Assembly: GCA_951813605.1 (NCBI GenBank)
Contig: OX638379.1
Span: 2,578,062 to 2,642,061, forward strand
Reading direction: 5' to 3'
DNA length: 64,000 bases
Origin: an uncultured Bryobacterales bacterium
GTDB lineage: Bacteria > Acidobacteriota > Terriglobia > Bryobacterales > UBA6623
Numbering within the stretch: the first letter of the stretch is position 1; each line of letters begins with the position of its first letter. Positions 48,542 to 56,310 of the stretch are shown one piece after another. The position numbers were made by a program, and so were the translations under genes. The notes under the pieces were generated by a model. It did no database searches. It was not told where the DNA came from and was given only the letters and a program-made list of their open reading frames with translations.

Positions 48542-49524
48542 GCAGTCGCCCTGGCCCCGGACTTCAAGCCGTTGTCCTTAATCAGGGCCTTGTAGGTCAG
48601 CCGCTTGCTCTCCATCCCGGAGCGCAGGGACCGCAACTGATCGATCGTATCCTGCTCGCGCAGGTTATGGCGGCCGGCGAACTCCTGCACGTACCGATCC
48701 AGGTGCTTTGAGCTGATCTTGTGGAACGTGCCCTTGTGCGCCCTCTTGAGCATCGACCAGAGGGACTCGATGCCATTGGTGTGCCCGTCTCCCTTGACGT
48801 ACTCCTGGAGCGAGTGCTTGACCGTGTCGTGATCGAACGGCAGCGTCTCATATGCGGTCGCATCGTCCGTGTACACGGTGGCCTCGGGATCGGCGTTGTC
48901 CTTGACGAACTCCTGCAAGGTTGCGGCATCGGTGGACGCGACGACCTTCGCGGCAACCTGTTTGGTGGCGCGATCCTTGGCACCCACCACGGCAGTCTTG
49001 CCTACCGCGCCGCGGCCGCTCAGTTCCTCCCGCTTGTGCTTCGGCATGTTCTTCCGCTTGCCCCCGAAGTAGGTTTCATCGACCTCGACCGGCCCCCGGA
49101 ACAGCTGGCCGTCCTCCGCGAGAGCCTTGCGCAACCGCTGAGCCAGGAACCAAGCTGACTTCTGTGTGATCTCCAAGTCCCGGTGCAGTTTCATCGAGGA
49201 CACGCTCTTGAGATTCGTGGTCACCAGGAACATGGCAACCAGCCAGTCCTGATAGCCGATCTTCGAGCTCTCCATGACCGAATTCGTCCTGACACTGAAC
49301 TTCTTGGCGCAAACCCTCTCGCGACAACGGAACGGCATCGTCTTGTGCTTGCAGCCAGTCTGAACGTTCAGGGAGCCGCAATACGGGCAACAGGTCCCCT
49401 TCGGCCAACGCTGCTTGATGAACCACGTTTCGGCCGTCGCGTCGTCCGGGAACCGCCGCAAGATCGCCTTGAAACTGAGTCCCTTGCGATACGCCTTGCC
49501 CGGAGCCTTCTTCATTCCTGCCAT
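48538..49524 (-). CDS. IS1595-family (ISXO2-like) DDE transposase
   Basis: An N-terminal zinc ribbon is present (CCPYCGS...FRCRERVCAKKFSVRT). The DDE_Tnp_IS1595-like body follows (VEVDETYFGGKRKNM...TVYTDDATAY...HTNGIESLWSMLKR). The protein is identical to the ORF at 62439..63425. Confidence 0.9.
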   Translation of the reverse strand: MAGMKKAPGKAYRKGLSFKAILRRFPDDATAETWFIKQRWPKGTCCPYCGSLNVQTGCKHKTMPFRCRERVCAKKFSVRTNSVMESSKIGYQDWLVAMFLVTTNLKSVSSMKLHRDLEITQKSAWFLAQRLRKALAEDGQLFRGPVEVDETYFGGKRKNMPKHKREELSGRGAVGKTAVVGAKDRATKQVAAKVVASTDAATLQEFVKDNADPEATVYTDDATAYETLPFDHDTVKHSLQEYVKGDGHTNGIESLWSMLKRAHKGTFHKISSKHLDRYVQEFAGRHNLREQDTIDQLRSLRSGMESKRLTYKALIKDNGLKSGARATA

Positions 49525-49530
49525 GCCTTT

Positions 49531-49559
49531 ACCTTACAGGAAAGTGGCGTTCATGTCAA
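49531..49559 (-). promoter_or_regulatory. Candidate sigma70-type promoter of the IS-A transposase (TTGACA-17-TAAGGT)
   Basis: cgcTTGACAtgaacgccactttcctgTAAGGTaaaggcATG. The -10 element lies 6 nt before the ATG, implying a near-leaderless transcript. The same sequence occurs at 62404..62432 (+). Confidence 0.35.
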
Positions 49560-49677
49560 GCGAAAAGTCAGTCTACAATTCTATTTTTCAATCACTTAGA
49601 GCATCTTTCCGTCGAATTCTACCAAGAACTTGGCTACGCCAAATCCCCTCTGCTGATGGGCCTGCGCATCGATGAAA

Positions 49678-49725
49678 GCGCAAGCCCTAGATGTTGGGGC
49701 TGCGCCACTTATGTATATAATCCCC
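49678..49725. repeat. IS-A copy L, inner (transposase-proximal) terminal inverted repeat
   Basis: Reverse complement of 47589..47636 with 1 mismatch, and identical to 62238..62285. Confidence 0.85.
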
Positions 49726-49879
49726 ATTCATTAACATCGTGCGCGGGGGTTGAATCCGTCGTTTCGTGCGGTTCGCATTAGCATTAGTTGCAGTCGATGC
49801 GCCGGGCGGCAGAGTTGGTGATGTTGCGTGGTGCCGATCATTCGACGCACGAGGCATGCCGAAGGAAACGAGGTAAACC

Positions 49880-52800
49880 ATGAAAGCTAATCAACGATCG
49901 GGAGTTCACCTGTGCGCAGTGTGGGCCCTAGCAATTTTCCTGCCCGCACTGGCTTGGGGCCAAAGCGCGGGGGGCACCATCAACGGCACCGTAAGCGATG
50001 GCACGGGCGCGGTTATTCCGGGTGCCCAGATCTCAATCGTCAATTCCGAGACCGGCGTGGCAACCGCCGCCGAGACGGGCATCAACGGCGTCTACGCCGT
50101 TCCCAACATGCAGCCGGGCGAGTACAACATCTCGGCCTCAGCCGATGGCTTCAAGTCGGTCGAGGTGCGGGGCCTGCGCCTCAACGTGGCATCGGAGATC
50201 TCGCAGTCGTTCGCCCTAGAGATCGGCGCGATCACGGAGACGGTCGAGGTCAGCGCGGAGCAACTCCAAATCCAGACTACTTCCGGGTCGGTTGGCGGTA
50301 CGGTTGCGACGGAACAGATTCAAGAGCTTCCACTACCGAACCGCGACATTTTTAACCTCGTGAACTTGGTGCCCGGCGCATCCAAGTCCGAGTCGAACGG
50401 GTACGTTTCCATCGGAGGGGGCCGCTCCCGCTCGACGGGAGCCTACATTGACGGCGTGAACAACACGCGAGGCGGCCTCGGCGTACAGAATATCGAGATG
50501 GCCCCGCCTGTGGACTCGATGCAAGAGTTCAAGGTGGAGGTCAACTCGATGGGTGCCGAATACGGCCGCAGCTCAGCGGGCGTGGTGCAGGCACTCACTC
50601 GCAGCGGCACGAACAGTTGGCGCGGCAGCATCTACCACTTCGTTCGGAACGACGCCTTCGACGCAGCGGGATGGAACCAAGACTCCAAGCCCAAGCTTCG
50701 GCGCAACAACGGCGGTATCTCGGTCGGTGGCCCGATTGCCCAGAACAAGACGTTCTTTTTCTATAACATCGATGTCTTTCGACAGAAACTCGGCTTGATT
50801 CGCACGCGCAATGTCGGCCTGCCGGAATTCCGTGTCGGGAACTTCTCGCAAGCCACTCGCAACGCCGGCGGGAACGCGGTGTTCGTACCAATCTATGACC
50901 CCATGACGCGCCAAGGCGGATCGTTCACCAGACCCCGGGGAGCTTCCCCATTCCCAGACAACAGGATCCCCATGGATCGCTTGGACCCAGTCGCCGTCAA
51001 GGCAGCCAGCTACATTCCGGATCCCAACCGTGTGCCGAACAACCTCAACAACCTCGCAGGCAACTGGCGCGAGGCCGCCGATCAGGCGCGCAATCGCGAC
51101 TACCACACGATTCGGTTGGATCACAACTACTCGGACAAGTGGCGCACCTTCGTGCGCCTGATCCTGACCGAGCCGGATGACACGGTGACCGACTACACCC
51201 AGGGATACGGGGTCGCGGATCCGGGGGGCATTGCAATCCTGAACCGCCGCCAGAACTGGGGCCTCAACAATACCTACACCTTCAACCCGACATTCTTCGT
51301 CACATCGATCATCGGGTTCAATCGAGTCTCGGTAGACAGGAAATCGGGAGATTGCTGCGACACCAATTACGCCGATCATTTTGGCCTTCCTGGCCTCGAA
51401 AAAGGCGGCGAGGTCTTCCCGCGCTTTAACTTCGCGGGCGGCCGCGGCGTGCCGATGTCGTGGATCGGCGCCTTGGGCAACGCCCACCGGTTCGCGGTCT
51501 TCACCAACTTCGACTACGAAGCCAACTTCACCAAGATCAGGGGGAATCACACCTTCAAGTTCGGCGGCAAGTACACCGCCTACCAAGGCAACGAGGTCAG
51601 CCGCCCCCAGCCCTCCGGACACTGGCGGTCGACGGGCGCCCTAACCGGCGAGTGGAAACTGTCGGGAGGAGGACGCAACAACAACACGGGCGTTGCCTTT
51701 GCCGACTTCATGCTGGGGCGTGTGTGGAACCTCGACACGCGCGTCGCACCCGGGATCGGCAAGCGGATCAAGTATTGGTCGGGCTACTTTCAAGACGACT
51801 GGCGAGCTACTCAGCGCCTGACGCTGAACATCGGCATGCGCTACGAGACAGAGATTCCAATCTACGAGGTCGGCGGCCGCATGAACGGCTTCTGCCAGTA
51901 CTGCCCGCATCCCCTGGCCGGGCAGAACGGAATTCCGGAGGGCGCGATTGGGAGAGTGCTGTTTCCTAACCGCGACGGCACGGGCAAGTACCTCTGGCAG
52001 TGGGACAAGAACAACTTTGCGCCCCGCTTCGGCTTCGCCTACCGACTCAAAGACGACAGTTCGATGGTTCTGCGTGGTGGATTCGGCATCTTCTTCGGGA
52101 ATCCCTACGACCGCAACTCGATCCAGCCGGGACGGGCCGGCTTCGACAACATCTTCCGTGTGCGCGGAGGCGTGAGCGGCTATTTGCGCGACGGCGTCCC
52201 GGCCGGTGCCTTGGACGACATACCCGAGTCCGAGCTGAACGGTGGCTTCGGCGCGATAGGCACGCGCTTTCCTACCTCAACCATCCAGTTCTGGGACCAG
52301 GAGCGCGTCCTGCCCTATTCGCAGAACTTCAACATGACGCTGCAAACCCGCTGGAAGGGCGTGGTCTGGGACTTCGGGTTTATGGGCGCGCTGGCTCGCC
52401 ACCAAGCGATCAACAACCTCAACCATATCCGCCCTGAAGATCTCGCAGCGGCCAATGCGCCGGGAGCGAACATCGAGTCCTTCCGGCCATGGGCGGCTTG
52501 GCAGGGGAATCAAGACCAGATCCAGCTTATGTCACCGAACTGGGGCATCTCGAACTACTTCGCGCTCACCTTCAAGTCGGAGAAACGCTACCAGAACGGA
52601 CTGGGCTGGACCGTTGCCTACACACACATCCAGTGGATTGACAACATCCGTTTCATCGGCGACGCCGACACGTTCGGGGACAACGACAACCCCCAGAACA
52701 TCTACGACCTCAGCGACGAGCGTTCCAGCTCCGTGAACCGCTTGCCGCATCGTGTGGTCATGGCACCGATCGTCGAACTGCCGTTCGGCAAGAACCGCCG

Positions 52801-53323
52801 CTGGGGGCGGAGCTGGAGCAAGGCGCTGGACTGGGTGGCCGGCGGCTGGCAGCTGTCGACCGTAGGTACGATACGCAGCGGCGGCTATATGGGAGTGAAC
52901 ATAGACGGCGGAGGCAACTTGCGCGGAGATCTAGCCGCAGGCGTCGCCCTGAGGCCCAACCTCACCGGTGCTCCCTTCAAGTCTTCGACCCAAAAGCAAG
53001 CCGCGGATGGAGTGATCGGACACAACTGGCTCAACGAGGCCGCTTTCGAGAACCCGGCACCGTTCACGCTCGGTGACGCGGCCAGAACGCTGCCCGGCAT
53101 TCGCGGCCCGGGCCGGGTCGGCTTTGATGTCATGCTTGCCAAGAATTTCCGCTGGGGTGAGAATTGGCGCGCCCGCTTCAGCTGGGAGGCGTATGACTTT
53201 TCGAACACGCCTGCCTTCAATATCCCCAACACGTCGCTCGGCAGCGGCACCTTCGGCTTGGTGACAAACACCCTGCCCAACAGCCGCCGCATCATGCAGC
53301 TCGGATTGCGGATCACGTTCTAG
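49880..53323 (+). CDS. TonB-dependent receptor, CarboxypepD_reg-type (Acidobacteria-style, 1147 aa)
   Basis: A signal peptide is present (…AIFLPALAWGQ), followed by an Ig-like CarboxypepD_reg N-domain (GTINGTVSDGTGAVIPGAQISIVNSETG...GVYAVPNMQPGEYNI). A plug-like region (ELPLPNRDIFNLVNLVPG) and a long barrel ending MQLGLRITF follow. GAGG lies 7 nt upstream of the ATG. Confidence 0.85.
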   Translation: MKANQRSGVHLCAVWALAIFLPALAWGQSAGGTINGTVSDGTGAVIPGAQISIVNSETGVATAAETGINGVYAVPNMQPGEYNISASADGFKSVEVRGLRLNVASEISQSFALEIGAITETVEVSAEQLQIQTTSGSVGGTVATEQIQELPLPNRDIFNLVNLVPGASKSESNGYVSIGGGRSRSTGAYIDGVNNTRGGLGVQNIEMAPPVDSMQEFKVEVNSMGAEYGRSSAGVVQALTRSGTNSWRGSIYHFVRNDAFDAAGWNQDSKPKLRRNNGGISVGGPIAQNKTFFFYNIDVFRQKLGLIRTRNVGLPEFRVGNFSQATRNAGGNAVFVPIYDPMTRQGGSFTRPRGASPFPDNRIPMDRLDPVAVKAASYIPDPNRVPNNLNNLAGNWREAADQARNRDYHTIRLDHNYSDKWRTFVRLILTEPDDTVTDYTQGYGVADPGGIAILNRRQNWGLNNTYTFNPTFFVTSIIGFNRVSVDRKSGDCCDTNYADHFGLPGLEKGGEVFPRFNFAGGRGVPMSWIGALGNAHRFAVFTNFDYEANFTKIRGNHTFKFGGKYTAYQGNEVSRPQPSGHWRSTGALTGEWKLSGGGRNNNTGVAFADFMLGRVWNLDTRVAPGIGKRIKYWSGYFQDDWRATQRLTLNIGMRYETEIPIYEVGGRMNGFCQYCPHPLAGQNGIPEGAIGRVLFPNRDGTGKYLWQWDKNNFAPRFGFAYRLKDDSSMVLRGGFGIFFGNPYDRNSIQPGRAGFDNIFRVRGGVSGYLRDGVPAGALDDIPESELNGGFGAIGTRFPTSTIQFWDQERVLPYSQNFNMTLQTRWKGVVWDFGFMGALARHQAINNLNHIRPEDLAAANAPGANIESFRPWAAWQGNQDQIQLMSPNWGISNYFALTFKSEKRYQNGLGWTVAYTHIQWIDNIRFIGDADTFGDNDNPQNIYDLSDERSSSVNRLPHRVVMAPIVELPFGKNRRWGRSWSKALDWVAGGWQLSTVGTIRSGGYMGVNIDGGGNLRGDLAAGVALRPNLTGAPFKSSTQKQAADGVIGHNWLNEAAFENPAPFTLGDAARTLPGIRGPGRVGFDVMLAKNFRWGENWRARFSWEAYDFSNTPAFNIPNTSLGSGTFGLVTNTLPNSRRIMQLGLRITF

Positions 53324-53350
53324 GGCCGCACGGCGATTTCGACATTAGCC

Positions 53351-53385
53351 ACGGCTCCCGGCTACGGCCGGGAGCCGTTTCTTTT
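53351..53385 (+). terminator. Rho-independent terminator of the TBDR gene
   Basis: A perfect 12-bp stem ACGGCTCCCGGC / GCCGGGAGCCGT with loop TACG is followed by TTCTTTT. It lies 28 nt after the stop codon. Confidence 0.6.
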
Positions 53386-53748
53386 GGGAGAGCGCGATCA
53401 TTGCGCGAGCCGCCGAAGTGACGCCGACTCAAACATTCGCCGGGTCAGCAGCGAGCAGATACTTACAGCTACAGATCGCCAAGTGCAATCCAGCCTGAGC
53501 TGTCGCTCGAGCTTGGTCATACACGTGCCTTTTTCCAGTGCCGGCATCATAGACGACCGCCCCCTGCACCCGCGTCTCGACCGCTTGCGCACCGAATCCG
53601 AACAGTCACGCTCTCAGCGAAACGTCCACGGCCAGCGACGCCAAGATCAGTATGCCTGTTGGTGTGCTGATGCTAGACAGCTCCGCAACCAAGGCCGGAT
53701 CGCAGCCGGGTTCCTCTACTGCTCCGGGGATTTGCGTTCCTGAAAGGG

Positions 53749-54021
53749 TCACTTCAAATCGACTGTCGAATCAAACGGCGCATGATCGGGATCTGAGGCA
53801 GGCATTCGGAGACTATCCAAGTCGTCGAGGGACTGTTCACGCTCGGCAGCAAGTTCGTATTGGCTAGGCGTCACCCAAGACGAACCGGGCGGATAGTCTC
53901 GCCAGCCTTTGCCGCCACATCCGATCGCGAGGGAGACGGCAAGAACGACCGGGACTCTTGTGGGCACACGTAAACTACGCTCCCGGTTGGGTGCCGCAAT
54001 TTTCGACCGAGCGGTTCTCAC
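53749..54021 (-). CDS. Small putative lipoprotein (90 aa)
   Basis: The N-terminus has a lipobox: RVPVVLAVSLAIGCGGKGW (L-A-I-G-C). No other homology was recognised. Confidence 0.4.
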   Translation of the reverse strand: MRTARSKIAAPNRERSLRVPTRVPVVLAVSLAIGCGGKGWRDYPPGSSWVTPSQYELAAEREQSLDDLDSLRMPASDPDHAPFDSTVDLK

Positions 54022-54316
54022 TCGCCGTGCGGCAGGGTAAGCGGCATTATCGCTCGTGCTCGCTGTGCACTTCCCCCCTTCGTGCCAAGTCCACAGCCCT
54101 TCTGCCTACGTACTCGTCGCCGTGCCCGAAGCGGTTACTGTCGAAGTTCCTGGATCGCTTGATGATCCTGCGGTTAGTGGCGTCGGTCTCCCGTTCGTAC
54201 CGCAACCGGGAACCTGTTGTAGTCTCGCGACTAGGATTAGGCTGATGATCGCCGGCGCGACCGGAAGGAGTCGCCATCCAAGAGCATGTGCGACCAGCGC
54301 CCGGAAGGGTCTGACA

Positions 54317-54324
54317 AACGGCAA
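54317..54324. repeat. Target-site duplication AACGGCAA (left) of IS-C copy 1
   Basis: The identical 8-mer occurs at 55363..55370, immediately outside both TIRs. Confidence 0.8.
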
Positions 54325-55362
54325 GGCTCAATTAGCGAAACGTATGCATTGGGGTGTCATTGAGGCCACCAAGCAGCTACGAGGGGACGCCTCTCGCACC
54401 AATCCGACCTGCTGAAACCAGCGCAGGTAGCTGTCCAAGTACTTCGTCGCTACCCCCCGAAACGGTTGCAGAAACGCTGTCAATTGTTGGTGCCGATTGT
54501 TCACCGTTTGGATGTGATAGCTCCCGCGCACCCGCATGCCCGCCGACACGTTCACCGCCTCGTGCTGGACCCCCAGCCGCCGGGCACAGCCCGGATACGC
54601 TCGACCGCCGTCGCTCAGCAGCACCGCGTCGCTGGCCAGCAGCGGCTCCAGCGCGGCCTGCAAACTCGCCTGGCTCACTCTCTTCAGCACTTGGCCCGCG
54701 GTCGCGCCCCCGCGCGCGGCGGCCAGCAGCACCGGCACCTGCTGCTTGGACAGGCCCCGCTGCCGGGCCCGCCCGCCCCGCCGCCGGGCCTTCCGCTCTA
54801 GCTTCCGCTCGCCCTTGCGGCTCTCCAGCACATACGTTTCGTCCGCTTCCACCAGCCCTTCCAGCCGCCCCGCCAACTGTCCCGCCTGCGCCATGAAGCG
54901 ATGCCGCCAGCGAAACGCGGTCGTGACCGCCACCCCGCAGCGCTGCGCCGACTGCCGGACCGATTCCCGCTCCACCAATGAGCGCCCCAACGCCAGCCAG
55001 CGCTCCTTGTAATGCAATCCAGACAGCGCCGTGCCGCTCAAGGCATTGAACGTCTTGCCGCACTGCTTGCAACTGTAGCGGCGCAACCCGCGCGTCTTGC
55101 CGCGCCGCACTGCCCCGCCGGCCTGGCTGTGCCGACAGCGCCGCTGGGCGTCAATTTGCAGTTCAATCGCGGCCACCGCCGCAGCCCCTTCGCTGCGCTC
55201 TTGCACGGCCTGCTCGAGTTGCGACCACTGCGCTTCCGTTAAGCGGTCCAACCCTGCCAGCAAACTCTGGAATCTCTCGTTCGTCATGGGGCACGATCCT
55301 CCTGCACCTAAAGGAATTATACCAAATATCGAACAAAATGCATACGTTTCGCTAATTGAGCC
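54325..55362 (-). mobile_element. IS1595-family element 'IS-C', copy 1 (1038 bp)
   Basis: It has perfect 26-bp TIRs (GGCTCAATTAGCGAAACGTATGCATT) and a single transposase ORF. It is flanked by the 8-bp direct repeat AACGGCAA. A second copy lies at 61185..62222. Confidence 0.85.
54328..55287 (-). CDS. IS1595-family transposase (IS-C copy 1)
   Basis: 319 aa. The zinc-ribbon region is RRCRHSQAGG...YSCKQCGKTF, followed by VEADETYVLESRKG...LLSDGGRAY...HIQTVNNRHQQL...GVATKYLDSYLRWF. It differs from copy 2 at 4 residues, including Cys to Ser in the CxxC motif (CRHCQ in copy 2, CRHSQ here). Confidence 0.9.
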   Translation of the reverse strand: MTNERFQSLLAGLDRLTEAQWSQLEQAVQERSEGAAAVAAIELQIDAQRRCRHSQAGGAVRRGKTRGLRRYSCKQCGKTFNALSGTALSGLHYKERWLALGRSLVERESVRQSAQRCGVAVTTAFRWRHRFMAQAGQLAGRLEGLVEADETYVLESRKGERKLERKARRRGGRARQRGLSKQQVPVLLAAARGGATAGQVLKRVSQASLQAALEPLLASDAVLLSDGGRAYPGCARRLGVQHEAVNVSAGMRVRGSYHIQTVNNRHQQLTAFLQPFRGVATKYLDSYLRWFQQVGLVREASPRSCLVASMTPQCIRFAN

Positions 55363-55370
55363 AACGGCAA
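55363..55370. repeat. Target-site duplication AACGGCAA (right) of IS-C copy 1
   Basis: Identical to 54317..54324. Confidence 0.8.
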
Positions 55371-56310
55371 TCTTGCGAGAAGCTCATATCACGTGAAATT
55401 TCGTCACCCTACCCAGCCGCTGCACGAATCGCCCTTGGCAGCGATGTCCTCCCTTCCCTTATAGGAAGAACAAACCAGAATGCGGGAACAAGGCCACGAC
55501 GGCAGGCCATGCACGGCGCTCCATCTGATTCATTCGGACGGCGTCAGATCTTCGGCACCAAAGAATGCAAGTTCTCGGTCTCGCAGAGGAATAGGGGAGG
55601 CCGTGGCAAGCCGGTCGACGTTCAGCAGCCAAAGCTCTCGGGAGTCGCTCTCGCTCGGCTTCCAGTGCCTCCGCTACACCGTGCAGCACGCATGGCGGAT
55701 CGACGCCCGCTGCTCGCTATCGCGGGGGCGTTGGCCGCCAATGGCCGGGCTCTCGCCCAAACCAGCGCAGCCGCCAAAGGCGACCCCGTCACCGTGCAGG
55801 GAGACGTTCAAGATGCCCAGCGGGAGGTCGGAGCCAGGGCTGTATGCGGCCTGCGGAACGCCGAACGATTCACCGGCCGACAGGGTATCTGGGCTATGGC
55901 CGCGACGATTGCGACTGCGGTCCGCACATCGCCAACCGCCAACTCGATGTTAGCCGCGGTCGCGCAGTTCAGGACTACCTCGATCCCGGACGGCCGGTAC
56001 AAAGCTCTCCGATTGGGCCGCCAGTGTGTACCGCCCCACGGGCATGGTGCTGAAGCGATAGGGGCCCAGTTCATCGGTCCGCTGGATCCCCAGTACACCG
56101 CTGTCAACGTTCTCGGCCACGACGCCACAAGCGGGGATCAAACTCCTGACTGGTCGAAGACCAAGCTCAGCAACCGCCCGTCGGCTGCTTGGCCGAAGAC
56201 ACTCTCACTCCAGCCAAGCAGCAACATCGCCGCAACTGCGCTTGTCAACGTCGTTGGCTAAGCGTAGCCCAGTGCGCCTCCCGGTCCGCTTGAATCCATG
56301 GCAGCCGCCA

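Larger units (their letters stand above)
47589..49725 (-). mobile_element. IS1595-family element 'IS-A', copy L (2137 bp) with cargo: transposase + methyltransferase-HNH relic + 62-aa ORF
   Basis: Terminal inverted repeats of about 48 bp: GGGGATTATATACATAAGTGGCGCAG(A/C)CCCAACATCTAGGGCTTGCGC at 47589.. and, inverted, ending at 49725. There is one mismatch between them. The whole element recurs inverted at 62238..>64000. No flanking direct repeat is seen (tacccaaa versus attcatta). Confidence 0.85.
54047..56248 (-). pseudogene. Decayed N-terminal part of a CarboxypepD_reg-type TBDR, frameshifted, truncated and split by IS-C copy 1
   Basis: On the minus strand from about 56248 the signal-like LTSAVAAMLLLGWSESVFGQ is followed by LSLVFDQSG and VVAENVDSGVLGIQRTDELGPYRFSTMPVGRYTLAAQSESF..IEVVLNCATAANIELAVGDV, spread over several frames. 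Beyond the IS, at 54324..54047, FDSNRFGHGDEYVGRRAVDLARRG aligns with FKVEVNSMGAEYGRSSAGVVQALTRSG of the intact TBDR. Confidence 0.45.

Noticed and set aside
47581-49733. Target-site duplication for IS-A copy L
   Set aside because: The 8-bp flanks (TACCCAAA versus ATTCATTA) do not match. Neither matches the visible inner flank of copy R (TACATTTA or its complement). The question stays open until the sequence beyond 64000 is available.
53384-53748. Possible methyltransferase-like fragment on the minus strand (…TPTGILILASLAVDVSLRA / …VQGAVVYDAGTGKRHVYDQ…)
   Set aside because: The pieces are only short, frame-broken stretches without a diagnostic motif. This is too weak to call a feature.
54354-54896. 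Pro/Ala-rich 180-aa ORFs (also 61651..62193 and the 231-aa ORFs 54377..55072 and 61475..62170)
   Set aside because: They are alternative frames or antisense of the IS-C transposase gene, which has clear IS1595 motifs. Their low-complexity composition is a GC-content artefact.
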